In this document: one piece after another, positions 9,823 to 19,309 of the stretch
Layout of the letters: every line of letters starts with the position of its first letter
Position numbering within the stretch: position 1 is the first letter of the stretch
Virus record (IMG/VR): IMGVR_UViG_3300021962_009794
DNA from: a virus
Lineage: Duplodnaviria > Heunggongvirae > Uroviricota > Caudoviricetes
Direction: 5' to 3' (one strand)
DNA length: 64,000 nt
Translations under genes and position numbers: made by a program
The notes under the pieces: generated by a model
Databases searched by the model: none
What the model was told of the DNA's origin: nothing
The model's input: the letters and a program-made list of their open reading frames with translations, nothing else

Positions 9823-10958
9823 AATACGATTTAAACATATTAAACGAATACATTGAGCGTGGACTTCTGATAAAGAATCCGCATCCAACTTTGCCTCTGG
9901 ATATCTATAACTATTCAAGAGATTGCCAGTTTAGTGAATCTTGGGATGAGATCACGTTAAATATGAGAGGTACTGTTCTGGATCGTGAAGGCAACATCGT
10001 GGCTAGGGTTTTTCCTAAGTTCTTTAACATGGAAGAACATAAGTCAGGAGAAATACCAAATGAGGATTTTGAGGTGTTTGAAAAGATGGACGGATCCCTA
10101 GGAATTCTTTTTCACTACGAAGGGGAATGGCATTTAGCTACCCGTGGATCCTTTGCCTCAGACCAAGCAATAAAGGGTAAAGAGATTCTGAGCAGATACA
10201 GGTACGAAAAGTTGATCCCAGGATACACTTACCTTTTTGAAATCATCTATCCAGAAAACAGAATCGTTTGTGACTACGGGTACGAAGATTTAGTTATGCT
10301 TGCTGTTATCGATAACAAGGACGGATACGAGCTTAGAATCCACGACAACGACATACATCTTGAAGGTATTAGATTCGCGAATCTCTACAACAATCTAGGA
10401 TTCAAGATTGTTAAGAAGTACGACGGGGTTCAAGATTATAAGCAACTGAAATCGATGATCAAGAACAATGCTGAAGGATTTGTAATCAAATTCAAATCTG
10501 GATTCAGAATGAAGATCAAAGGGGAGGAGTACGTTAGGTTGCATAGGTTGCTAACCAACTTCTCAAACGTTGATATCTGGGAGCTGTTAAAAGACGGTAG
10601 AGATCTTGATGAATTTCTAGACAGAGTTCCTGATGAGTTTGACAAATGGGTTAAGAAAACTATTCGGGATTTACAATATCATAAATACGCAATCGAGGAG
10701 AGAGCAGGTAAGACCCACGATTATTTTAGATATGGTAAGTATAACGATCGTGAAACTGAACCTACTAAGAAAGAGTTTGCTGAGCATCTAGAATTTTGTA
10801 AGGTTGAACCAAGCATAAGATCTATATGTTTTGCAATATGGGACGGAAAGAACTACGATCACATCACCTGGAAGATAATAAAACCAAAATATCAAAAACC
10901 ATTTTGGAATAAAGAGGAAGAAATTCCAGCGGATTCAAAATGGCTTAAAAAAGATTAA
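9819..10958 (+). CDS. ATP-dependent RNA ligase, T4 Rnl1-like
   Basis: Nucleotidyltransferase motif I EKMDGSL (T4 Rnl1 has KEDGSL); KFFN segment upstream; motif IV/V EGFVIKFKSGFRMKIKGEEY (T4 Rnl1 has EGYV...FKIK...Y). Confidence 0.75.
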   Translation: MKYDLNILNEYIERGLLIKNPHPTLPLDIYNYSRDCQFSESWDEITLNMRGTVLDREGNIVARVFPKFFNMEEHKSGEIPNEDFEVFEKMDGSLGILFHYEGEWHLATRGSFASDQAIKGKEILSRYRYEKLIPGYTYLFEIIYPENRIVCDYGYEDLVMLAVIDNKDGYELRIHDNDIHLEGIRFANLYNNLGFKIVKKYDGVQDYKQLKSMIKNNAEGFVIKFKSGFRMKIKGEEYVRLHRLLTNFSNVDIWELLKDGRDLDEFLDRVPDEFDKWVKKTIRDLQYHKYAIEERAGKTHDYFRYGKYNDRETEPTKKEFAEHLEFCKVEPSIRSICFAIWDGKNYDHITWKIIKPKYQKPFWNKEEEIPADSKWLKKD

Positions 10959-10961
10959 GAA

Positions 10962-11603
10962 ATGAAAATTATATTAGAAAAAAATCAGAACATATTTTTT
11001 ACGAGTGACACTCATTACAATCACTCAAATATTTGCCGCGCCACTTCTAATTGGCCGGGAGGAAGAGGCACACGAGACTTTCACTCTTTGGGTGAAATGA
11101 ACGATGCTATTGTAAGCGGTATTAACTCAGTTGTTGGACCGGACGATTACCTAGTTCATCTAGGTGATTGGAGCTTTGGTGGATTTGAATCCATTGCGGA
11201 GTTCAGAAAGAAAATAGCTTGCAAGAACGTGATACTATTTTTAGGCAACCACGATCACCACATCCGAAATAACAAGGAGGGCGTACAAGGCCATTTCAAG
11301 CAAGTTTCAAGCTACGATATTATAGATATCCGTAGGCCAGAAGGCAAGGAGATGGGTAAATACCAATTCGTATGCTGTCATTTTCCGATAGCAAGTTGGG
11401 ATGGTATGAATAAGAACGTTCCGCATTTACATGGGCACGTTCATTTACCACCTAAATTAAAAATCCACGAAGGACAGGCAATGGATGTGGGAGTAGATGG
11501 AAACAATCTCGAGCCTTACAGCTTAAATGAGATACTAAAGATTATGAAGGGAAGGCCAGTTAGGCACCTGGTATTACCCCAAGATCATCACTCGGAAGAA
11601 TAA
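10962..11603 (+). CDS. calcineurin-like metallophosphoesterase
   Basis: TSDTHYNH, HLGDW, GNHDHH and GHVH metal-binding motifs in canonical order. Confidence 0.7.
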   Translation: MKIILEKNQNIFFTSDTHYNHSNICRATSNWPGGRGTRDFHSLGEMNDAIVSGINSVVGPDDYLVHLGDWSFGGFESIAEFRKKIACKNVILFLGNHDHHIRNNKEGVQGHFKQVSSYDIIDIRRPEGKEMGKYQFVCCHFPIASWDGMNKNVPHLHGHVHLPPKLKIHEGQAMDVGVDGNNLEPYSLNEILKIMKGRPVRHLVLPQDHHSEE

Positions 11604-11613
11604 AAACAGAAAA

Positions 11614-11787
11614 ATGGTAACGCAAGAAATTTTAGACACATTCGTCTTCACCACAATCGGGGGAGAAAAATTTGGAGTTAATGATCCGACAGCTCACGAT
11701 GAGATTATTGGATATTACCCAACAAGACAAGAAGCTGAGAATGCTTTTAAGGAGTATATTGAAAAAGAAGGGATAATTTTCGAATAA
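11614..11787 (+). CDS. hypothetical small protein (57 aa, MVTQEILDTFVFTTIGGEKFG...)
   Basis: ORF below the track's 60-aa cut-off that fills the gap between two genes; its stop overlaps the next ATG (TAATG). Confidence 0.4.
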   Translation: MVTQEILDTFVFTTIGGEKFGVNDPTAHDEIIGYYPTRQEAENAFKEYIEKEGIIFE

Positions 11788-12236
11788 TGGAAAATGTAAG
11801 AAACGAAGAATACAGCACTTTGAATCCAACACTATTTCTTGTAAGAGGAATACCAGGATCAGGTAAGTCTACTTTCGCAAAGCACATCTGGAACGAGTAT
11901 GCAGTTTGTGAGGCTGATAAGTTTTTTCACAACAAAGAGACTGGTGAATACAACTTTGACGCATCAAGATTGAAAGAAGCTCATGAATGGTGCAGAAACG
12001 AGGTTGAGACTAGAATGAAAGATCACCAGGTTAATCCTCAGTATTATCCAGAGATCGTGGTTTCAAATACATTCACACAAGAATGGGAAATGCAGGCTTA
12101 TATCGATCTTGCCAAAAAATACGGTTATCAAGTCACAACATTAATCGTAGAGAACCGACACGGTAACTCAAATGTCCACAACGTTCCCGAGGAAACGCTG
12201 GATCGTATGAGACAAAGATTCGATGTAAAACTTTAA
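11787..12236 (+). CDS. P-loop polynucleotide-kinase-like kinase
   Basis: LFLVRGIPGSGKSTFAK Walker A at the N-terminus; size and layout like the T4 Pnk kinase domain. Confidence 0.6.
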   Translation: MENVRNEEYSTLNPTLFLVRGIPGSGKSTFAKHIWNEYAVCEADKFFHNKETGEYNFDASRLKEAHEWCRNEVETRMKDHQVNPQYYPEIVVSNTFTQEWEMQAYIDLAKKYGYQVTTLIVENRHGNSNVHNVPEETLDRMRQRFDVKL

Positions 12237-12239
12237 GAA

Positions 12240-13004
12240 ATGGAGGAGAACGAAAAAGTGATACCCATGACACTATCCCAAGCAAGGGAGAAGTTCGGGA
12301 AGGCAAGAAAGGCATTTGAAATCATGATTGATGATACGCCATACGTGGTTTATGATATCGATGGTTATGAGCATCAGAATGGAAAATGGAATGGTACGCC
12401 TGCCACATGGTGGCTTGATTTCTCCTCTCCCGCAGTTAAAGGAGAGATCACTCCGGAGAGGAATTTGGTTCCTTACGTCGATATAGGTGTTAATAGAATT
12501 TGCTGGGAAGTTAGATTCAAGCAAAGTAATTACGCAAAACATAAGTGGGACGAGTGGGACATAAGAAGCTCCGGCCAATGTCAGATTTATGCAAACGGTA
12601 AACTTATATACAGTTTTGGATCACGTGACGTTGCCTATGCCTTAAGCAAAGCACAATATCTGATGGTTAACCTGATGGAGCATCCGTATAACTTTCTAAA
12701 TCCAGAGGGGGAAAGAGGGAGGAAGATATGGTATTATGGTCTTCCTGCCACAGTAGAACCCTCGCATTGTCACGGCGAGATAAGGGTTGCACCTGACTAC
12801 ACCCAAATGGAGCAGGAAAGATGGTGGAAGGAATATAGTATAAGGAAAAAACCTATTGATCTCCCCAAAGAAGGTGAAGAATGGGAAACCGAAAGACAGG
12901 ACAGAGAGATGGAAGAGGAGCGTTTTAGAGAGACCAAAGATTATGGCTTCATTAATCACGGTGATGCACTCTGGGACGGCATGATAAACTGGTTTAGAAG
13001 ATAA
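12240..13004 (+). CDS. hypothetical protein (254 aa)
   Basis: ORF. Confidence 0.55.
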   Translation: MEENEKVIPMTLSQAREKFGKARKAFEIMIDDTPYVVYDIDGYEHQNGKWNGTPATWWLDFSSPAVKGEITPERNLVPYVDIGVNRICWEVRFKQSNYAKHKWDEWDIRSSGQCQIYANGKLIYSFGSRDVAYALSKAQYLMVNLMEHPYNFLNPEGERGRKIWYYGLPATVEPSHCHGEIRVAPDYTQMEQERWWKEYSIRKKPIDLPKEGEEWETERQDREMEEERFRETKDYGFINHGDALWDGMINWFRR

Positions 13005-13005
13005 A

Positions 13006-13449
13006 ATGAAAAAAATGAAAACATATAATTTATTCTTGGACGACTACAGACTTCCTGTTGATTGCTCAAGGTACATGCCCAATCCGGGATTATATAATCT
13101 TAATCAATGGGTTATAGCTAGAAACTACGACGAGTTTGTTAGCTTCATCGAGAAGAATGGTTTACCTGACATGATCTCTTTTGATCACGATCTAGCAGAC
13201 GAGCACTACTCAAATGACATGTATGCAGGTAACGAGGTTTACGATAAGAACTACGAGAAGTTCACAGAGAAAACCGGTTATGATTGCGCTAAGTGGTTGG
13301 TTGACTACTGTATGGATAAAGATCAAGATCTTCCCGAATACATAGTTCATTCAATGAATCCAGCAGGCGGGAAAAATATCTGGCAATATTTAGAGAATTA
13401 TCGAAAATTCAGGGAAGAAGAAGAGTATAAAAAGTATCACGGAGGATAA
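13006..13449 (+). CDS. hypothetical protein (147 aa)
   Basis: ORF. Confidence 0.55.
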   Translation: MKKMKTYNLFLDDYRLPVDCSRYMPNPGLYNLNQWVIARNYDEFVSFIEKNGLPDMISFDHDLADEHYSNDMYAGNEVYDKNYEKFTEKTGYDCAKWLVDYCMDKDQDLPEYIVHSMNPAGGKNIWQYLENYRKFREEEEYKKYHGG

Positions 13450-13452
13450 ATA

Positions 13453-13665
13453 ATGGCGGAACCAAGGAAAACAGTGATCCATGAGGAGCTCAACGAGAAA
13501 CAACAGAAAATGTACGATGAATGGTTATCCCACATCAAAGCAATCTACGGTGAGTATGGATTATTCACTTGGAAGATATCGCCAACCGGTATCGGAAGTG
13601 GAATCGTGGTTTATAGCCACCAAACAAAAACTGAATTAGATTTAACCGATGTCGATAGCTGGTAA
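13453..13665 (+). CDS. hypothetical small protein
   Basis: ORF. Confidence 0.45.
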   Translation: MAEPRKTVIHEELNEKQQKMYDEWLSHIKAIYGEYGLFTWKISPTGIGSGIVVYSHQTKTELDLTDVDSW

Positions 13666-13972
13666 AGATTTATGTGATTGTGGTAAAGTAGCAGTTTGGT
13701 GCTATATGCCAGGTTACTCTGACGGTAATCCGGATCATTGTGACGAATGCGTTCCTAGGGGATGCGATTGTAACCACAATTACGTCGATCCTAATTCATA
13801 CCATCCGGCACTTAATGAGCCTTACTTACCTGAAGGCGAGGAAGGAAAAGACTGGATGTGGATAGAGAAAGACGTTATGTGGACTACTCTAGATGACAAA
13901 GGAAGAGAATATCCATGCTGCGAGTACATGTACTCAGAAAACGGCTGGGACAAAGAAGAACATGAAGAATAA
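13649..13972 (+). CDS. hypothetical Cys-rich small protein
   Basis: CDCGKVAVWCY...HCDECVPRGCDCNH metal-binding-like cysteine pattern. Confidence 0.45.
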   Translation: MSIAGKDLCDCGKVAVWCYMPGYSDGNPDHCDECVPRGCDCNHNYVDPNSYHPALNEPYLPEGEEGKDWMWIEKDVMWTTLDDKGREYPCCEYMYSENGWDKEEHEE

Positions 13973-14195
13973 AATATATTTTTACGTAGGCATCATCTCA
14001 TCAGATGAGAGGGATTTGAAAGAATTCATTAACAACATGATCGAAGACAGCGATCAAAAGTATTTTGTTGAAGTCATTGATCAATATGACGATCCGTATG
14101 GATATTACACTTACCAGCTAAGAGGGTCTTGGGATGCTTATAAATGTTTCCTAGACAGACCTTTTGTTAGATCATTAACCCACCATGAAGAATAA
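13962..14195 (+). CDS. hypothetical small protein (start MKNKIYFYVG)
   Basis: ORF 13893..14195 trimmed to the ATG at 13962 that overlaps the upstream stop. Confidence 0.45.
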   Translation: MKNKIYFYVGIISSDERDLKEFINNMIEDSDQKYFVEVIDQYDDPYGYYTYQLRGSWDAYKCFLDRPFVRSLTHHEE

Positions 14196-14460
14196 CCCAC
14201 CAGAAATTTTTATTTGCGAGTGCCACTCCACCGAGCATCAGATGGTCTTTTTATATGGAGAAGACGATGATTTCCCTATGTTGTATGCCCACGTGCACCT
14301 CAATAAAAAATCCTTTTTCCAGAGACTCAAATATGCGGTTCAATATCTATTAGGTAGACAATCAAGATTTGGTGCTTTTGAAGAATTTATATTTAATCCG
14401 GATGATGCAGAGAGACTGCAGAAAGCGGTAGATTACCTAAAACAATCCAATGAAGTTTGA
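14185..14460 (+). CDS. hypothetical small protein
   Basis: ORF. Confidence 0.45.
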   Translation: MKNNPPEIFICECHSTEHQMVFLYGEDDDFPMLYAHVHLNKKSFFQRLKYAVQYLLGRQSRFGAFEEFIFNPDDAERLQKAVDYLKQSNEV

Positions 14461-15511
14461 CTTTGATGACATACTTATCCAGCCAGCTGAGATAAGCCAA
14501 ATAGAATCCAGAAAACAGGTAAATGTTTTCTGTGAGGATAATTACCTTCCTCTATTTACCGCTCCGATGGATACAGTGGTCAGCGATGATAATTATAGCT
14601 TCTTCCAGAATTCAGGTATAAGAGTCATAAGGCCAAGAAAAGCACCATCATTTGGTGTTAAGCTTGACAGTGACTTCAACGACTTTTTATCTTTTGGAAA
14701 GGATGAGTTTAAACAAATATTTTTGGATAGTGGAAAAATATCAGTAGCCGAAAAATATTACATTCTCATAGACATTGCAAATGGACACATGCAAAGTTTG
14801 CTAGACATGACTGCAGAGGCTAAATCTCTTTACGGTAACGATCTTATCTTAATGGTCGGCAATGTTGCAAATCCGGAAACTTATAAGCTTTTTTCCGATG
14901 CAGGTGCAGACTACGTTAGAATAGGTATAGGTAACGGAGGTGGATGTTTAACCACAGTACAAACAGGGGTTGGATATCCTATGGCATCTTTGGTGCATGA
15001 GTGCTATCAAATAAGCTGTGAATTAGCATCGCCGGCTAAAATCGTTGCCGACGGGGGATTTAAAAGTTACGCAGACATCATTAAGGCGCTCGCTTTGGGC
15101 GCAGATTATGTTATGCTTGGTTCAATATTGAATAAAGCTTTGGAGAGCGCAGGCGACACCTATTTAGCTAATACGAAGGGGGAAGGCTGGACCGAACCTG
15201 GTGAGAAGATCAATCAATATGCTATGGAGACTGAGAAGCTATTCAAATACGGAACTAAGATGTTTAAGAAGTTCAGAGGTATGAGCACCAAAGAGGCTCA
15301 GAAGTCTATGGGTAAGACTGAGTTAAAGACAAGCGAGGGTGTTAGTCGAATGCAACCGGTTGAATATACATTAGTAGGATGGAGAGATAATTTTGTAAGC
15401 TATCTTAGCTCTGCAATGAGTTACAGTAATGCCTCCTCGCTGAAAGAATTTATAGGAAATGCTAAATGGAACATCATTTCACAGAACTCTCTAAACAGAT
15501 TTAAGAAGTGA
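14450..15511 (+). CDS. IMPDH/GMP-reductase family protein (GMP-reductase-like, no CBS insert)
   Basis: N-terminal FDDILIQPA...LPLFTAPMDTV; GADYVRIGIGNGGGCLTTVQTGVGYP; ADGGFKSYADIIKALALGADYVMLGS. Confidence 0.65.
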   Translation: MKFDFDDILIQPAEISQIESRKQVNVFCEDNYLPLFTAPMDTVVSDDNYSFFQNSGIRVIRPRKAPSFGVKLDSDFNDFLSFGKDEFKQIFLDSGKISVAEKYYILIDIANGHMQSLLDMTAEAKSLYGNDLILMVGNVANPETYKLFSDAGADYVRIGIGNGGGCLTTVQTGVGYPMASLVHECYQISCELASPAKIVADGGFKSYADIIKALALGADYVMLGSILNKALESAGDTYLANTKGEGWTEPGEKINQYAMETEKLFKYGTKMFKKFRGMSTKEAQKSMGKTELKTSEGVSRMQPVEYTLVGWRDNFVSYLSSAMSYSNASSLKEFIGNAKWNIISQNSLNRFKK

Positions 15512-16233
15512 GACCAAGAATAAAGATCTGTCACTTACTACTGGATCCAAACCAGCCACAGGATATTCCCTCCGATAAATGGAATTCTGTTATGGCTAAA
15601 CAGAGAGCTTCTGTTTCCGCGTTTGAAAAAATATCAAGTAACTTTGCTTGCTATTCCCAAATGTATTCAGTTGTTAATAGAACTGAATTACCTTCTGAAA
15701 ACTGTGCTCAACCAGAAATAATAGACCGATCAAAAGATTTCATCAACAACCCACCAGTACTTTCTTATGGTCACTACGGTGCTTATGTTGCCCACAGATC
15801 AGCTGTGGAAGATTTCGGAAACTACGATGCTTTGATCGTTGTTGAAAGCGACGTTGTGTATGACCTAAGTCCAGAAGAATTCACTCAGAAGATATACGAT
15901 GCTTATGAATTTGGATTAGCCAGATCTGGTGCTATGTTTACTTTCGGTGCTGTTAGCTATGGTACAGCATCAAGAGCTTCGGTTAGTGACACTGCAATCT
16001 ATATGGGTGACTACAAACAGATAGATCATTTCCTGTGTGCTCACTGTTATATGATATTTGAATCAGAAAAAGAAAGCATTCAGAGCAAATTAGCCAATAG
16101 TGGATGGCATGCATGGGATATTTGGCTCTATTGGAATTACGATACTCGAGTTCCTATATTTTCTACTTTAGAGCCAATTGTTCATGAGCCGGAGGGTTAT
16201 TCTGTTATAGATTACCAGAAAAAAATATTATAA
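15508..16233 (+). CDS. hypothetical protein, possible GT25-like glycosyltransferase
   Basis: LSYGHYGAYVAHRSAVEDF...ALIVVESDVVYD loosely matches the GT25 core; weak. Confidence 0.5.
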   Translation: MRPRIKICHLLLDPNQPQDIPSDKWNSVMAKQRASVSAFEKISSNFACYSQMYSVVNRTELPSENCAQPEIIDRSKDFINNPPVLSYGHYGAYVAHRSAVEDFGNYDALIVVESDVVYDLSPEEFTQKIYDAYEFGLARSGAMFTFGAVSYGTASRASVSDTAIYMGDYKQIDHFLCAHCYMIFESEKESIQSKLANSGWHAWDIWLYWNYDTRVPIFSTLEPIVHEPEGYSVIDYQKKIL

Positions 16234-16502
16234 TGGCTCTATACAATCCAAAACCAAAACCGATCTTTGTAATTAGAATGCCTAGACAGTCTTCGTCAGA
16301 AGCAATGACGATCATGGCAGAGAACGTTGGGAAAAATATGGCTGACTACCATGTTCTGGTTGTTAAAGATATGTGGAGCAGTGAATCCAATGTTAGATTT
16401 GAGGTGTTCAACTCAGACTCCTTTCAGCAGATAGAATTCGAAAAGCTACAAAAAAGGTTGCTAACTTTAGCAACCGATACAATGAAATACGAGAAATTTT
16501 AG
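16233..16502 (+). CDS. hypothetical small protein
   Basis: ORF. Confidence 0.4.
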   Translation: MALYNPKPKPIFVIRMPRQSSSEAMTIMAENVGKNMADYHVLVVKDMWSSESNVRFEVFNSDSFQQIEFEKLQKRLLTLATDTMKYEKF

Positions 16503-17077
16503 TGATCTTTTAAATTAGCCTTAGCTCTCTTATAAAGAGCTTTATCACCCATCTTTGTAGTTTTACCGCCAGTAAGAAAAGAATTTACTCTAGCCATTGC
16601 CCATTGTTGAGGAGTAGTTCCTGGGATATGTCCAACTTTCCAAGCAGCATATCCTCTAGACCAAACTTGCTTTAGTATGCCTAAAGGAAATCCTGTTTTA
16701 TCTGATTTCTTTTTTAAAGCTTTGTAAACAGGACTGTTCTTACCCATTTTAGAAGCCTCTTCTAACATTTCAGCTGTTATGCTTTCGTCCTCTAAAACTA
16801 TCTCTTCGAAGATGTTCTCTGGCTCTTCATAAGAATCGTAGCTAATCACGTTGTTTGCCTCGTATTCTTCGCCCTCTCCAAACATCTCTTTATACTTCTT
16901 GGTGTATTTGCTAGTTTTAGTCGGAACTGGTTTACCCTTTCCTGCTTTGCCACTTTTATAATCAGCATCCCAAGGTCCGTATGCTGAACTGTCATCATCG
17001 GCCTTATCTCCATGCTTTTTAATCTCCCTTTTCATAATATTGGGATTTGTAGTTAGATATTTCTTAGGATATTTCAT
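16499..17077 (-). CDS. hypothetical Lys-rich protein (isolated minus-strand gene)
   Basis: 192-aa ORF; TATATATC motif at 17082-17089 just upstream of its start. Confidence 0.55.
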   Translation of the reverse strand: MKYPKKYLTTNPNIMKREIKKHGDKADDDSSAYGPWDADYKSGKAGKGKPVPTKTSKYTKKYKEMFGEGEEYEANNVISYDSYEEPENIFEEIVLEDESITAEMLEEASKMGKNSPVYKALKKKSDKTGFPLGILKQVWSRGYAAWKVGHIPGTTPQQWAMARVNSFLTGGKTTKMGDKALYKRAKANLKDH

Positions 17078-17081
17078 GCAT

Positions 17082-17089
17082 TATATATC
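17082..17089 (-). promoter_or_regulatory. GATATATA-type promoter-like motif (minus orientation)
   Basis: 5 nt upstream of the minus-strand start at 17077. Confidence 0.35.
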
Positions 17090-17153
17090 AAAAAAACAGC
17101 AGTAAAATTTTTTTATACCGATCATATATCATACTTTTGAGAAAAACAAGAAT

Positions 17154-18008
17154 ATGAGTCATTTCACAGTTATGGTTATCGGGGAGAATCCAGAAGAGCA
17201 ACTAGCTCCCTACCAAGAAAACAACATGGGCGACTGTCCGGAAGAATACATGGAATTTGTGGACGAGACCGAATCTCTCAAACAAAGTTGGGAAGATCTA
17301 ACGGAAGACGAGAAATCCGAATTCAAATCATTCGAGGATTTCGCAGAGAATGAGGGATACAAAGAGAATGAAGGTAAATTCGGCTACTGGGAAAATCCCA
17401 ATGCCAAATGGGACTGGTATGTTCTAGGAGGAAGATGGTCAGGATTTCTTAAGCTTAAAGAAGGGGCTGATGGAGAAGTCGGGAGTGCAGGGTTATTCAG
17501 TTCTCCTGCGGAGGAAGGAACAGCAGACTCTGCGTTCAAGAAAGACATAGACTTCTTTAACATGAGAAAGGATGCAGCCGAGAAAGCTGGAGAACTTTGG
17601 GACAAGGTGAAGAAGATCGTAAAAGGATGCCCAGAACCATTAGAATGGAAGCACGTAAGGGAAAACATGTTTCCTGGAGATATTGATGGTGCTAGGGAAT
17701 ATTACAGAAATCAGGAAGCTGTTCTAAAATTAGACGAATGGAACAAGGAGAATAGTCATGAGTTATTCGGTATTAATCTTGAAGATTTCAACTGCACCAG
17801 AGAAGATTACTGCATCGATGCAGCAAATGGTTCATTCGTAACATTTGCAGTTCTCAAAGATGGCAAATGGTATGAACGAGGTGAAATGGGCTGGTGGGCA
17901 AGCATAAGCAACGAAAAGTACAGGGACGAGTGGAATTCGGAGGTTGCCAAGATGATCGACGAATTACCAGATGACACACAAATCTCAATCTACGATTGTC
18001 ACATTTAA
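17154..18008 (+). CDS. hypothetical acidic protein (284 aa)
   Basis: ORF. Confidence 0.55.
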   Translation: MSHFTVMVIGENPEEQLAPYQENNMGDCPEEYMEFVDETESLKQSWEDLTEDEKSEFKSFEDFAENEGYKENEGKFGYWENPNAKWDWYVLGGRWSGFLKLKEGADGEVGSAGLFSSPAEEGTADSAFKKDIDFFNMRKDAAEKAGELWDKVKKIVKGCPEPLEWKHVRENMFPGDIDGAREYYRNQEAVLKLDEWNKENSHELFGINLEDFNCTREDYCIDAANGSFVTFAVLKDGKWYERGEMGWWASISNEKYRDEWNSEVAKMIDELPDDTQISIYDCHI

Positions 18009-18468
18009 TATGATCAAGAACAACGAAAATACATCACTATGCTCCGGCTGTGGTCAATGCTGCAAAAGGCTACCTGGAATAGTTTCTCCTTCGGATTTGG
18101 AAGAGGTAACTGTCGATTCACTTATCTCTCTTTTTAAAGCCGGATACCAGTTCGATTACTGGGAGGGAGATCTTACAGGTAAATCTGAGCATTCGGACAT
18201 GACGTTCTACTATCTAAGACCTCAGACTAAAAAATCAGCAGGTAGAATAGTAGATGGATCTTGGGGAGGTGAATGTGTTTTCTTGACAGAATCAGGTTGT
18301 TCTAAGTCTTTCGAGGAAAGACCCGCTCAATGCAGAGCTTTGATTCCAGTGGAAAATCACGGATGCCATGTTCCGATCCCTTATGAGAAGAAAACAATGA
18401 TTCAAGAATGGATACCGTATAATGGAATAATTTCTCAAACCATCGATAAAATATACGAAGAACAATAA
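17971..18468 (+). CDS. CxxCxxCC cysteine-cluster protein (YkgJ/UPF0153-like)
   Basis: CSGCGQCCKRLPG motif near the N-terminus. Confidence 0.5.
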   Translation: MTHKSQSTIVTFNMIKNNENTSLCSGCGQCCKRLPGIVSPSDLEEVTVDSLISLFKAGYQFDYWEGDLTGKSEHSDMTFYYLRPQTKKSAGRIVDGSWGGECVFLTESGCSKSFEERPAQCRALIPVENHGCHVPIPYEKKTMIQEWIPYNGIISQTIDKIYEEQ

Positions 18469-18469
18469 A

Positions 18470-18679
18470 ATGGAAACCGATTTAAGAACTTACAAGAACT
18501 CTACCAGAAGAGCATCCGAAGTAATAACAGTTGAAGATTTTAACATCGCAGTTAGTAACAAAGAGCTAACTAAGTGGGATGGTCACGGATACTGGGTAAA
18601 AGATGGATTGGAATCAGAAGACATGGTTTTCTCTGATCCCCAGCTAGATGCAACCCACGTTTCATGGTACAACAAATAA
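18470..18679 (+). CDS. hypothetical small protein
   Basis: ORF. Confidence 0.4.
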   Translation: METDLRTYKNSTRRASEVITVEDFNIAVSNKELTKWDGHGYWVKDGLESEDMVFSDPQLDATHVSWYNK

Positions 18680-18689
18680 AATAGGAAAT

Positions 18690-19307
18690 ATGCCAACAGG
18701 ATACACAGCAGGAGTGGTTGACGGAACCACCAAAACATTCAAAGATTTTGCAAAGATTTGCATGAGAGCTTTCGGGGCAGCGATTCATATGAGAGACGAA
18801 CCTCTGAGCAAGAAATATGAACACAGGGTTCCAGACGATTTCTATTACGAAAGAATTGAGGAAGCAAAGAAAAATCTTGCAGAACTCGATACGCTACCTG
18901 ACGAGCACTTCATTAAAGAGGAGCACGAGAAAATAAAGGATGATATCAGATACTACTCCGAAAAAATGAGAAAGGTTAAAGAAGCTAGAGAGAGATTAGA
19001 TTCCTTGCTGGAAGAAACATCTGAGTGGGAACCACCAACCACAGATCATGTGGAATTTAAGAATTTTATGATTCAACAACTCACCGAAACAATAAAATAT
19101 GATGGTGACGTTGAATATTATGAAGGAGAAATTGAGCGTCTTTATAAAAAATTAGATACCCCTATTGATCTGGACTCTGTTAAGAAAGATCTCAGAGAAT
19201 CTTACGAAGCTAATCTAAATAGGAGTCAAAAAAGTCTTGATGAAGAAATCGAAAGATGTAAAAAATCCCACGATTGGGCGGATCAATTATTAAAATCAAT
19301 AGAATAA
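18690..19307 (+). CDS. hypothetical coiled-coil protein
   Basis: ORF-track ORF 18648..19307 trimmed to the ATG at 18690 after the upstream stop. Confidence 0.5.
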   Translation: MPTGYTAGVVDGTTKTFKDFAKICMRAFGAAIHMRDEPLSKKYEHRVPDDFYYERIEEAKKNLAELDTLPDEHFIKEEHEKIKDDIRYYSEKMRKVKEARERLDSLLEETSEWEPPTTDHVEFKNFMIQQLTETIKYDGDVEYYEGEIERLYKKLDTPIDLDSVKKDLRESYEANLNRSQKSLDEEIERCKKSHDWADQLLKSIE

Positions 19308-19309
19308 GA

